NCBI RefSeq assembly: GCF_013149785.1
Contig: NZ_JABEZU010000001.1
Coordinates: 62,001-126,000 of the forward strand
Length of the DNA: 64,000 bases
Source of the DNA: Isoptericola halotolerans
Lineage (GTDB): Bacteria > Actinomycetota > Actinomycetes > Actinomycetales > Cellulomonadaceae
Direction of reading: 5' to 3'
Below are positions 38,555 through 47,024 of this stretch, piece by piece. Within the stretch, counting starts at the first letter, position 1. Every line of letters begins with the position of its first letter. A program made the translations under genes and the position numbers. Below the pieces are notes generated by a model. The model had not been told where the DNA came from and searched no databases. It saw nothing but the letters and a program-made list of their open reading frames with translations.

Positions 38555-38716
38555 TCAGCGCCCGAACAGCCGGGCGAGGAACCCTCCGCTCGGTGCGTCG
38601 TCGTGCCCGCTGCACCACTGCGCGGCGGGGACGTGGCGGCGCACCTCCTCGACGTGCTGCCCGCAGCCGCTCCAGGTCGTCTTGCTGCAGGTCCGGCAGG
38701 TGGTGGGGTGACACAT
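38555..38716 (-). CDS. 53-aa Cys/His-rich small protein (absent from the ORF track)
   Basis: MCHPTTCRTCSKTTWSGCGQHVEEVRRHVPAAQWCSGHDDAPSGGFLARLFGR; GAAGGAG RBS, high GC3. Confidence 0.8.
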   Translation of the reverse strand: MCHPTTCRTCSKTTWSGCGQHVEEVRRHVPAAQWCSGHDDAPSGGFLARLFGR

Positions 38717-38731
38717 GGTGCTGCTCCTTCG

Positions 38732-39004
38732 TCAGGCGAGGGTGAGGAAGAGCTTCTCGAGCTCGGCGGCCGTCAGGCCGTCCTCGGTGGTCTGGTCGGG
38801 GTCGGACAGGCAGTCCTGCATCGCGGTGGAGATGACGGCGTAGCCGGCGCGGTCGAGGGCGCTGGAGACGGCCGAGAGCTGGGTGACGACGTCGCGGCAG
38901 GGCTTGCCGTCCTCGACGGCGGTGATGAGGGCGTCGAGCTGGCCGCGGGCACGCTTCAGCCGGTTGGCGATCTTGCGCTGGGCCGCGGGGTCCGGGGTGG
39001 CCAT
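38732..39004 (-). CDS. CsoR/CstR-family repressor, probably persulfide-sensing
   Basis: NRLKRARGQL..PCRDVVTQLSAVSSALD..AMQDC; lacks the Cu-binding His before the second Cys. Confidence 0.88.
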   Translation of the reverse strand: MATPDPAAQRKIANRLKRARGQLDALITAVEDGKPCRDVVTQLSAVSSALDRAGYAVISTAMQDCLSDPDQTTEDGLTAAELEKLFLTLA

Positions 39005-39024
39005 GGGGGGTCCTTCCTGAGGGT

Positions 39025-40716
39025 TCAGCCGGCGAGCGCCGGGTCGTGGGTCGTGAGCAGCTCGTCGGCGACGGGGCCGAGCCCGGCGCGCAGGGTGAGC
39101 ATCCCGCCGGAGAGGGACGCGGAGTCGAAGCCCGCCTGGGCCAGGACGCGGTGTGCGATGTGCGACCGGACGCCCGAGCCGCACAGGGCGCGGACCGGTC
39201 GACCGGCGGCGGCCCCCCGGACCTCGGCGAGTCGCCCGCGCAGCTCGGTGTGCGGGACGTTCACGGACCCGGGGACGTGGCCGGTGGCGAACTCGGCTCG
39301 GCTACGGACGTCCAGCACGAGGGCCTGGGCCCGCAGGCTGTCGAGCTCCTCGGCGTGCCAGATCCGCAGCGTGCCGTCGAGCACGTTGCTCGCGGCCATC
39401 CCGGCGAGGTTGACCGGGTCCTTGGCGGCCCCGTACGGCGGGGCGTAGGCGAGGTCCAGGTCGATGAGGTCGCCCACCTCCATCCCGGCACGGATCGCGG
39501 TCGCGAGCACGTCGATGCGCTTGTCGACCCCGGCGCGGCCGACGGCCTGCGCGCCGAGGAGGAGGCCGTCGTCGGCCCGGAAGTGGATCACGAGGTGGAT
39601 CTGCTCGGCACCGGGGAACCAGCCCGCGTGGTGGCTCGGGTGCAGGTGCAGGGTGTGGAAGGCGATGCCCCCGGCGCGCAGCGCGGCACGGTTCGCGCCC
39701 GTGGTCGCGGCGGTGAGCTCACCGACGCGCACGACGGCGGTACCGACGGTCGCCGGGACGGGACGCGCCGAGCCGGGGCGCAGGATGTCGTCGGCGACGA
39801 GGCGGCCGGCGCGGTTGGCAGGCCCGGCCAGCGCGACCGGCCGGCGTGCGCCGGTGACGGCGTCGGTGCTGATGGTCGCGTCCCCGACCGCCCAGACACC
39901 GTCGGCGCTCGTGCGCCCGTGCGCGTCGACGACGATCGCGCCGCGCTCGGTCTCGATCCCGGCCGCGGCGAAGACCTCGGTGTCAGGGCGCACCCCGACG
40001 GACAGCACCACGAGGTCGGCGGGCAGCCGGGACCCGTCGGCGAGGACCACGACGTCGTCCGTGTCCCCTGCCTCGACCGCGGTGGCGGCGACGCCCGTGC
40101 GCACGGTGACACCGAGCCGTTCGAGCTCGGCGGTGACCAGGGCCGCCACCTCGCGCTCCAGCGGGGGGAGCACGTGGTCGGCGAGCTCCACGACGGTCAC
40201 CGCCAAGCCTTGCCGGGCCAGCGCCTCGGCGGCCTCCAGCCCGATGAACCCGGCGCCGAGCACGACGGCGTGACCGGCGCCGTCGTCGACCCGCTGCCGC
40301 AGCGCCGTCGCGTCGGCGACCGTGCGCAGGGTGCGCGCGCGGGGAGAGTCGAGGCCGGGGATCGGCGGCCGGACGGCCCGGGCACCGGGGGAGAGGACGA
40401 GGGCGTCGTAGCCGACGGTCTCGGTGGCCGCCGCCGACCGGACGGTGAGGGTCTGCGCGGCGGTGTCGAGGCCGATGACCTCGTGCCCGGTCCGCACGTC
40501 GAGGTCCAGGGCGGCGCGCAGGGACTCGGGAGTCTGGACGAGGAGGTCGTCGGCTTCTTCGATCTCCCCGCCGAGGTGGTACGGCAGCCCGCACCCGGCG
40601 AACGACACGTGCTCACCCCGGTCGAGGACGATGATCTCGGCGCTCTCGTCGAGCCGCCGTGCCCGGGCGGCGGCGCTCATGCCGCCGCCGACCCCACCCA
40701 CGATGACGATTCTCAT
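39025..40716 (-). CDS. CoA-disulfide/persulfide reductase with C-terminal rhodanese domain
   Basis: GGVGGG, SFAGCGLPY redox Cys, GAGFIGLE, DLAYAPPYG, rhodanese LDVR..GHVPGS..CGSGVRS. Confidence 0.92.
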   Translation of the reverse strand: MRIVIVGGVGGGMSAAARARRLDESAEIIVLDRGEHVSFAGCGLPYHLGGEIEEADDLLVQTPESLRAALDLDVRTGHEVIGLDTAAQTLTVRSAAATETVGYDALVLSPGARAVRPPIPGLDSPRARTLRTVADATALRQRVDDGAGHAVVLGAGFIGLEAAEALARQGLAVTVVELADHVLPPLEREVAALVTAELERLGVTVRTGVAATAVEAGDTDDVVVLADGSRLPADLVVLSVGVRPDTEVFAAAGIETERGAIVVDAHGRTSADGVWAVGDATISTDAVTGARRPVALAGPANRAGRLVADDILRPGSARPVPATVGTAVVRVGELTAATTGANRAALRAGGIAFHTLHLHPSHHAGWFPGAEQIHLVIHFRADDGLLLGAQAVGRAGVDKRIDVLATAIRAGMEVGDLIDLDLAYAPPYGAAKDPVNLAGMAASNVLDGTLRIWHAEELDSLRAQALVLDVRSRAEFATGHVPGSVNVPHTELRGRLAEVRGAAAGRPVRALCGSGVRSHIAHRVLAQAGFDSASLSGGMLTLRAGLGPVADELLTTHDPALAG

Positions 40717-40728
40717 GCGGCCGACGCT

Positions 40729-40746
40729 AATACCCCCGGGGGTATT
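40729..40746. promoter_or_regulatory. CsoR/CstR-type operator
   Basis: Perfect palindrome AATACCCCCGGGGGTATT at the edge of the minus-strand TAGCGT -10. Confidence 0.85.
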
Positions 40747-40761
40747 TGTCGAACCGCGTGG

Positions 40762-41778
40762 TCAGGCCCCGGTGCGCACCACCATCTTGCCGACGTTGCC
40801 GCCCCGCATCATGTCCAGGAAGGCCTGCGGGGTGTTCTCGATGCCGTCGACGACGGTCTCGTCGTAGGCGATCTCGCCCGCGGCGAACCAGCCGGTCATC
40901 AGCTCGCGGAACCGCTCGGCGTGGTCCATGTAGCTCGGCAGCGTGAAGCCCTTGAGCATCAGGCCGCGGGTCACCGCGTTGGCGAGGTTGTCCGGCCCGG
41001 GCGTGCGCTCGGTGTCGTTGTACTGGGAGATCGCCCCGCACAGGGCGATGCGCCCGCCGGTGTTCATGCGGTCCAGCGCGGCCTCCAGGTGGTCGCCACC
41101 CACGTTGTCGAAGAACACGTCGACGCCGTCGGGGGTGACCTCGCGGAGCTGGCGGCGCACGGGAGCGTCCTTGTAGTTGAACGCGGCGTCGTACCCGTAC
41201 CGGTCGGTGAGCAGCGCGACCTTCTCGGCCGACCCGGCGGACCCGACGACGCGCCCCGCCCCGAGCAGGCGGGCGATCTGTCCGGTGGCGGTACCGACGG
41301 CACCGGCCGCGCCGGAGACGAACACCGTGTCGCCCTCGTGGAGGTCGGCGACGGCGGTCAGCCCGACGTAGGCGGTCAGGCCGGTCAGCCCGAAGATGCC
41401 GAGGTAGAGGGACAGGGGAGCCCCGGGGATCTCCGGCACGACCTGGAAGCCACGGGCGTCCTCCTGGGCGACGTCGCGCCAGCCGTGCTGGTGCAGGACC
41501 GCCGCGCCCACCGGGACGTCGTCGGACGCGGACTCGACGACGCGGCCGACGGCGCCGCCGGTCATGGTCTCGCCGAGCGCGAAGGGCGGCACATAGCTCT
41601 TGACGTCGTTCATGCGGCCGCGCATGTACGGGTCGACCGAGACGAACTCGTTGACGACGCGGACCTGACCGGGTGCGAGGTCGCCGTAGGTGACCTCGAC
41701 GGTGCGGAACGTGTCCTCGGTGGGCCAGCCGGTGGGGCGTTCGGCGAGCTGGACCTGGGTGGAGACGACGTCGGACAT
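40762..41778 (-). CDS. NADP-dependent alkenal/one oxidoreductase (CurA/PTGR-like MDR)
   Basis: SVDPYMRGRM, GLTAYVGL, VSGAAGAVG, FFDNVGG, GGNVGKMVV. Confidence 0.92.
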   Translation of the reverse strand: MSDVVSTQVQLAERPTGWPTEDTFRTVEVTYGDLAPGQVRVVNEFVSVDPYMRGRMNDVKSYVPPFALGETMTGGAVGRVVESASDDVPVGAAVLHQHGWRDVAQEDARGFQVVPEIPGAPLSLYLGIFGLTGLTAYVGLTAVADLHEGDTVFVSGAAGAVGTATGQIARLLGAGRVVGSAGSAEKVALLTDRYGYDAAFNYKDAPVRRQLREVTPDGVDVFFDNVGGDHLEAALDRMNTGGRIALCGAISQYNDTERTPGPDNLANAVTRGLMLKGFTLPSYMDHAERFRELMTGWFAAGEIAYDETVVDGIENTPQAFLDMMRGGNVGKMVVRTGA

Positions 41779-41828
41779 GAAGGGACCTGCCTTGGTTCGG
41801 TGCGGGATCTGGATCGGTGGAGCGAGGT

Positions 41829-42227
41829 TCAGACGAAGAGCCCGACGACGAGGACGACGACGGCGAGCAGCGGCACGACGCCCTGCTTCAGCGCCGCGCC
41901 GCGCTTGTCGGGCGACGAGGCGAACAGCACGAGGGCGGCGGCGACCATCGAGCCGGTACCGGCGAGGGCGAGGGCGGTGCCCGCTGCGGCGAGCGCCGAG
42001 CCGGCGGTGCCGGCTGCGGTCAGGACGATGCCGATGGCCGCGACGATCGCGAGAAAGAGGTTGTAGAAGCCCTGGTTGAACGCCATCTCGCGCGTCGACT
42101 CGGCCTCCTGCTCGGTGGTGCCGAAGACGGCGCGGGCGCGCGTGGTCCAGACGACCGACTCCAGCCAGAAGATGTAGACGTGGAGCGCGGCGGCCAGGCC
42201 GGCGAGGACGAGTCCGGTGGCGATCAC
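41829..42227 (-). CDS. DUF1304-family membrane protein
   Basis: ALHVYIFWLES, MAFNQGFYNLFLA, ALKQG. Confidence 0.88.
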   Translation of the reverse strand: MIATGLVLAGLAAALHVYIFWLESVVWTTRARAVFGTTEQEAESTREMAFNQGFYNLFLAIVAAIGIVLTAAGTAGSALAAAGTALALAGTGSMVAAALVLFASSPDKRGAALKQGVVPLLAVVVLVVGLFV

Positions 42228-42254
42228 GGGGGCTCCAAGTGGTGGTGCGGCGTA

Positions 42255-42298
42255 TTGCAACGGTCGTTGCACAACCTATACTGGAACGACCGTTGCAA
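42255..42298. promoter_or_regulatory. Paired TetR operators between DUF1304 and tetR
   Basis: TTGCAACGGTCGTTGCA and TGGAACGACCGTTGCAA, near-identical sites in inverted orientation. Confidence 0.75.
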
Positions 42299-42313
42299 CA
42301 ACTGGGGGCAGGC

Positions 42314-42892
42314 ATGGGCAGGACGCGGACCTTCGAGGCCGACCGTGTGGTGCGGGCGGCACTCGGCGTGTTTTGGCGCTCCGGCTACGAGGGTGCCTCC
42401 GTGCCCGCCCTGGAGGCGGCGACCGGGCTGAACCGGTCGAGCATCTATCACTCGTTCGGGTCCAAGCGGGGGCTCTTCGACGCCGCCGTCCAGACCTACC
42501 TCGACGACGTCGTCCGGCCCCGGCTCCGCCCGCTGCTCGCCGAACCGGTCTCGCCCGACGCCGTCGTCGACTACCTCGCCGGGCTGCGCGACGCGCTCGC
42601 GCGCACCGGCGAGATCCAGGCCGACAGCGGGTGCCTGCTCGTCAACACTTCGGTGGCGCCGATCGCCCGGGACGAGGCCGTGCGCCAGACGGTTGCGGAC
42701 TACCGGGCCGAGCTGCGCGCGGCGCTCGGCCGCGGCGTCGACGCCCGGTTCTCCGGTCGTGCGCAGGCGGAGCGGGACCAGTTGGCGGACCTGTGCACGT
42801 CGCTGGTGGTCAGCGCCTTCGCGCTGGTGCGCGTCGACCCGCCCAGTGCCGTGGGATCGCTCGACAGCGCACTGGTGCTGCTCAAGGGCTGA
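42314..42892 (+). CDS. TetR/AcrR-family regulator
   Basis: MGRTRTF..FWRSGYEGAS..TGLNRSSIYHSFGSKRGLF, GCLLVN. Confidence 0.92.
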   Translation: MGRTRTFEADRVVRAALGVFWRSGYEGASVPALEAATGLNRSSIYHSFGSKRGLFDAAVQTYLDDVVRPRLRPLLAEPVSPDAVVDYLAGLRDALARTGEIQADSGCLLVNTSVAPIARDEAVRQTVADYRAELRAALGRGVDARFSGRAQAERDQLADLCTSLVVSAFALVRVDPPSAVGSLDSALVLLKG

Positions 42893-42904
42893 GTGAGAGC
42901 CGCC

Positions 42905-42957
42905 AGCGACTCTGTTCATCAGGAATGCGCGCCTGGATCCTGACGAACAGAGACGCT
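42905..42957. repeat. Long inverted repeat (terminator or REP/MITE-like)
   Basis: AGCG-A-CTCTGTTCATCAGGA-N13-TCCTGACGAACAGAG-A-CGCT. Confidence 0.7.
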
Positions 42958-43011
42958 CGCATCTGTTGTCTCGTTGCGCTATCGATGCGGATCGAACTAG
43001 GGGGCGACGAG

Positions 43012-43033
43012 ATCTGCCCGAATCCGGGCAGAT
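43012..43033. promoter_or_regulatory. Palindrome upstream of the small-ORF/glmS operon
   Basis: ATCTGCCCG-AATC-CGGGCAGAT with perfect 9-bp arms, upstream of a CATGAT -10 and GTG 43071. Confidence 0.6.
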
Positions 43034-43070
43034 TCTGGACACTCGTGCTCCTGGAGCGCATGATGAGTCG

Positions 43071-43331
43071 GTGACCGATGCCGACCTCGTCTCCCGCGTG
43101 GCCCTGACGACGGGCCTGAGCCCGTCCGAGGCCGCGCGCGTGGTCGACGACGTCCTCGCCTGGTACTCCGAGCCGGTGGAGGCCTACGTCCGACGCCGGC
43201 ACGCCGCCCTGCAGACGGCGGGCCACCGGAACGAGGAGATCTACGGGCGCATCGTCGCCGAGCTGCGCGACCGTGTCGTCGCGGCCCCGGACCTCACCGA
43301 GCGCCAGGTCCGCCGGATCGTCTACGGCTAG
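43071..43331 (+). CDS. Small hypothetical protein with an HU-like N-terminal helix pair
   Basis: MTDADLVSRVALTTGLSPSEAARVVDDVLAWYSE..VRRRH..LTERQVRRIVYG; strong host codon bias. Confidence 0.8.
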   Translation: MTDADLVSRVALTTGLSPSEAARVVDDVLAWYSEPVEAYVRRRHAALQTAGHRNEEIYGRIVAELRDRVVAAPDLTERQVRRIVYG

Positions 43332-43397
43332 AGCGCGAGCAGTCCAGTCGCGCCCCCAGCACCCTTCACCACCCTCACCCTCCAGGAGCAAGAGCCC

Positions 43398-45236
43398 ATG
43401 TGCGGAATCGTCGGCTACGTCGGCCCCCAGCAGGCAGCACCCGTCCTCGTCGAGGGCCTGACGCGCCTGGAGTACCGCGGCTACGACTCGGCGGGCATCG
43501 CCGTGCTGAACCCGCGCTCGAAGGCCAACCCGTCGCGCGTGGTCCGCGCCCAGGGCCGTGTCCGTGAGCTCGAGGCCGCCCTCCCGGCGCGCCTCGCGGG
43601 CACCACGGGCATCGGCCACACCCGTTGGGCGACCCACGGCGAGCCGAGCGAGCGCAACGCCCACCCGCACACCTCGGGCGACGGCCGCGTGCACGTGGTG
43701 CACAACGGGATCATCGACAACTTCGCGACGCTGCGCAGCCGGCTCTCCGAGGAGGGCGTCGAGCTCACCTCCGACACCGACACCGAGGTCGTCGCGCACC
43801 TCGTCGCACGCGAGCTCGAGACCGGGTCGAGCCTGGAGGACGCGGTCCTCGCCGCCGTCGGGCAGATCGTCGGCACCTACGCCCTGGCCGTGCTCGACGT
43901 CCAGGCCCCCGGGCGCGTGGTCGTGGCGCGCAACGGTTCCCCGCTGCTGCTCGGCGTCGGCGACGGCGAGATGTTCGTCGCGTCCGACCCGGCGGCGATC
44001 GTGCGGCACACCAGCCAGGTCGTGCTGCTCGACGACGGCGACTTCGCCTCCGTCACGGCCGACGGCTTCCACAGCTTCACCGCCGGCGAGAAGAAGACGG
44101 CGCGGGCCGCGGTCACGCTCGACCTGACGGTCGAGGAGCTGGAGCTCGGCGGCCACGACCACTTCATGCACAAGGAGATCCACGAGCAGCCGGAGTCCGT
44201 GGAGCGGATGCTCACCGGGCGCCTCGACGACCGGTTCGGCACGGCCAAGCTGGCCGGGCTCAACCTCGAGCCGCGCGACCTGCGCCGCTTCGAGCGGGTC
44301 AAGGTGCTCGGGTGCGGGTCGGCCTACTACGTCGGCCAGCTCGGCGCGTCGATGATCGAGGACCTCGCGCGCATCCCCGCCGACGCCGAGCCCGCCAGCG
44401 AGTTCCGGTACCGCAACCCCATCATCGAGCCGAGCACGCTCTACGTGGTGGTCAGCCAGTCCGGGGAGACCGCGGACACGCTCTTCGCGGTCCGTGAGGT
44501 CCAGCGCAAGGGCGGCACCGTCGTCGGGCTCGTCAACGCGGTCGGGTCGTCCATCGCCCGCGAGGTCGACGGCGGCATTTACCTGCACGCCGGGCCCGAG
44601 GTGGCCGTGGCCTCCACCAAGGCGCTGACGCACATGTCGATCGGCTTCGCGCTGCTGGCGCTGGCACTCGGCCGCGTCCACGACCTGTCCTTCGCCGACG
44701 GCCAGCGCATCATCGCGGGCTTGCGGGCGCTCCCGGCGCAGATCGCCGAGATCCTCGCGGGCGAGGAGGCGCTCGCCGCCGCGGCAGAGGAGCTCGCGAC
44801 CGCGCCGAGCCTGTTCTTCGTCGGCCGTGTCCGGGGCTACCCGGTCGCCCGCGAGGGCGCGCAGAAGTTCAAGGAGATCACCTACCGGCACGCTGAGGCA
44901 TACCCGACCAGCGAGCTCAAGCACGGGCCGCTCGCGCTGATCAGCCCGGAGCTGCCGTCGGTGGCGATCATCCCCGAGGACGACCTGGTCGAGCGGAACA
45001 TCACCGCCGCCCAGGAGATCCGTGCCCGCGGTGGTGCCGTCGTCGCGATCACGCACCCGGGCGTCGAGCTGGGGGACGCGGCGACGTCGCGCATCGAGGT
45101 GCCGCGCAACGAGGTCGAGCTCGACCCGATCCTGCTGACCATCCCCACCCAGCTCCTCGGCTACCACGCGGCCGTCGCGCTGGGCGAGGACGTCGACCGG
45201 CCGCGCAACCTCGCGAAGTCCGTCACCGTGGAGTGA
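43398..45236 (+). CDS. glmS: Glutamine--fructose-6-phosphate aminotransferase
   Basis: MCGIVGY, RLEYRGYDSAG, GHTRWATHG, SQSGETADT, ELKHGP, PRNLAKSVTVE. Confidence 0.97.
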   Translation: MCGIVGYVGPQQAAPVLVEGLTRLEYRGYDSAGIAVLNPRSKANPSRVVRAQGRVRELEAALPARLAGTTGIGHTRWATHGEPSERNAHPHTSGDGRVHVVHNGIIDNFATLRSRLSEEGVELTSDTDTEVVAHLVARELETGSSLEDAVLAAVGQIVGTYALAVLDVQAPGRVVVARNGSPLLLGVGDGEMFVASDPAAIVRHTSQVVLLDDGDFASVTADGFHSFTAGEKKTARAAVTLDLTVEELELGGHDHFMHKEIHEQPESVERMLTGRLDDRFGTAKLAGLNLEPRDLRRFERVKVLGCGSAYYVGQLGASMIEDLARIPADAEPASEFRYRNPIIEPSTLYVVVSQSGETADTLFAVREVQRKGGTVVGLVNAVGSSIAREVDGGIYLHAGPEVAVASTKALTHMSIGFALLALALGRVHDLSFADGQRIIAGLRALPAQIAEILAGEEALAAAAEELATAPSLFFVGRVRGYPVAREGAQKFKEITYRHAEAYPTSELKHGPLALISPELPSVAIIPEDDLVERNITAAQEIRARGGAVVAITHPGVELGDAATSRIEVPRNEVELDPILLTIPTQLLGYHAAVALGEDVDRPRNLAKSVTVE

Positions 45237-45242
45237 GCGGGC

Positions 45243-45276
45243 CGGGGCGCCCTGACCTGCGGGCCAGGGCGCCCCG
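45243..45276 (+). terminator. Hairpin after glmS
   Basis: CGGGGCGCCCTG-N10-CAGGGCGCCCCG. Confidence 0.6.
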
Positions 45277-45306
45277 ACCCTGGTCTTCGGGGCACTCCGC
45301 AGCTAT

Positions 45307-45326
45307 GGTTTCGGTATGCCGAAACC
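45307..45326. promoter_or_regulatory. DtxR/MntR-type operator over the metal ABC transporter start
   Basis: GGTTTCGG-TATG-CCGAAACC palindrome containing the ATG; TATGGT -10 at 45304-45309. Confidence 0.7.
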
Positions 45327-46260
45327 TTGGACACGGATCGCCGGATCGATGCTGGCCGGCGCGCTCCTCCTCGCCGGGTGCGCGCCGTCGGCGGGTAACG
45401 AGGCCACGGACGACCGCCCCGTCGTCCTGACCACCTTCACCGTGCTGGCCGACGTCGCCGAGAACGTCGCGGGCGACCACCTGCGCGTGGAGTCGATCAC
45501 CAAGGTCGGCTCGGAGATCCACGGCTACGAACCGACTCCCGGCGACGTCCGGCGTGCCGCCGACGCGGACCTCGTCCTCGACAACGGCCTGGGGCTCGAG
45601 GCGTGGTTCTCCCGGTTCGTCCAGGACTCCGGGGCCGAGCACGTGGTCGTCTCCGACGGCGTCGAGGTCATCGACATCGCCGAGGACGCGTACGCCGGGA
45701 CACCGAACCCGCACGCCTGGATGAGCCCGCTGAACGTGCAGGTCTACGTGGACAACATGGTCGAGGCGTTCTCCGCGCTCGACCCCGAGCACGCCGACGA
45801 CTTCGCGGCCAACGGGGAGGCCTACGCGGCCGAGCTGCAGGCCGTGCAGGACGACCTCGTCGCCGAGCTCGAGACCCTGCCCGCCGAGCAGCGAGCCCTG
45901 GTCACCTGCGAGGGGGCGTTCTCCTACCTCGCCCGCGACGCCGGACTCACCGAGCAGTACCTCTGGGCCGTCAACGCCGAGCAGCAGGCCACCCCGCAGC
46001 AGGTCGCCGGGGTGATCGCGTTCGTCGAGGAGAACACCGTGCCGGCCGTGTTCTGCGAGTCCACGGTGTCCGACGCCGCGATGCAGCAGGTCGTGGACGC
46101 CACCGGCGCGCAGTTCGGCGGCACGCTGTACGTGGACTCGCTCTCGGAGCCCGACGGCCCGGTGCCCACCTACCTGGACCTCGTCCGGCACGACGCCGAC
46201 CTGATCGTCGCGGGGCTCACGGGCCGCTCGCCCGAGGTCGGGGCCGGGGCCGACCCGTGA
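45316..46260 (+). CDS. Mn/Fe ABC transporter substrate-binding lipoprotein (cluster A-I)
   Basis: Lipobox LAGC; EIHGYEPTP, NPHAWMSP, TCEGAFSY, LYVDSLS (H,H,E,D ligand set). Confidence 0.92.
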   Translation: MPKPWTRIAGSMLAGALLLAGCAPSAGNEATDDRPVVLTTFTVLADVAENVAGDHLRVESITKVGSEIHGYEPTPGDVRRAADADLVLDNGLGLEAWFSRFVQDSGAEHVVVSDGVEVIDIAEDAYAGTPNPHAWMSPLNVQVYVDNMVEAFSALDPEHADDFAANGEAYAAELQAVQDDLVAELETLPAEQRALVTCEGAFSYLARDAGLTEQYLWAVNAEQQATPQQVAGVIAFVEENTVPAVFCESTVSDAAMQQVVDATGAQFGGTLYVDSLSEPDGPVPTYLDLVRHDADLIVAGLTGRSPEVGAGADP

Positions 46261-47024
46261 GCGCCGACGCCTTCCGAGGCCCGGCGGTGGACCCCGCGAT
46301 CGAGGCCGACGGCCTCACCGTGCGGTACGGCGAGGTGCTCGCCCTGGACGGGGTCTCCCTGAGCATCGGCGCCGGAACCGTCTGCGGGCTGGTCGGCATG
46401 AACGGCTCCGGCAAGTCCACCCTGTTCAAGGCGCTCCTCGGCCTGGTCGACGTGACCCACGGCAGCGTGCGGGTCGACGGCGGCACCCCGGCCCGCGCCC
46501 GGCGCCGCGGCACGGTGGGGTACGTCCCGCAGACCGAGACCGTCGACTGGGGCTTCCCCGTGTCGGTGCGCGACGTGGTGACGATGGGACGCTACGGCCA
46601 CCTGGGCACCACCCGCCGACTGCGCCCCGCGGACCGGGACGCCGTCGACGCCGCGCTGGAGCGCGTCGGGCTCACCGACCTGGCCGACCGCCAGATCGGC
46701 AGGCTCTCCGGCGGGCAGCGCAAGCGGGCCTTCGTCGCCCGCGGGATCGCGCAGGACGCCCGCACCCTGCTGCTCGACGAGCCGTTCGCCGGGGTCGACA
46801 AGCGCTCCGAGGCCACCCTGGTCCGGCTGCTGCGTGAGCTCGCCGCCGACGGCCGCACCGTCCTGGTCTCCACCCACGACCTGCATGCGTTGCCGCAGCT
46901 CGCCGACGAGGCCGTCCTGCTGCTGCACCGCGTGCTCTTCCACGGGCCGGTCGCCGAGGCGCTGACGCCGGACAACCTGGCACGCACCTTCGGCCTGGAC
47001 GTGTCCGGCGGCGATGCCGCGTGA
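46257..47024 (+). CDS. Mn/Fe ABC transporter ATP-binding protein
   Basis: GMNGSGKST, LSGGQRKR, LLLDEPF, STHDL. Confidence 0.92.
   Translation: MSADAFRGPAVDPAIEADGLTVRYGEVLALDGVSLSIGAGTVCGLVGMNGSGKSTLFKALLGLVDVTHGSVRVDGGTPARARRRGTVGYVPQTETVDWGFPVSVRDVVTMGRYGHLGTTRRLRPADRDAVDAALERVGLTDLADRQIGRLSGGQRKRAFVARGIAQDARTLLLDEPFAGVDKRSEATLVRLLRELAADGRTVLVSTHDLHALPQLADEAVLLLHRVLFHGPVAEALTPDNLARTFGLDVSGGDAA

Noticed and set aside
38732..39004. Copper-sensing CsoR regulating the ycnI/copCD operon
   Set aside because: Lacks the Cu-ligand His, is co-transcribed with a persulfide reductase, and its C5G5 operator was not seen upstream of the copper operon
42893..43397. glmS ribozyme
   Set aside because: No recognisable conserved ribozyme core; the upstream space is occupied by a protein-coding ORF
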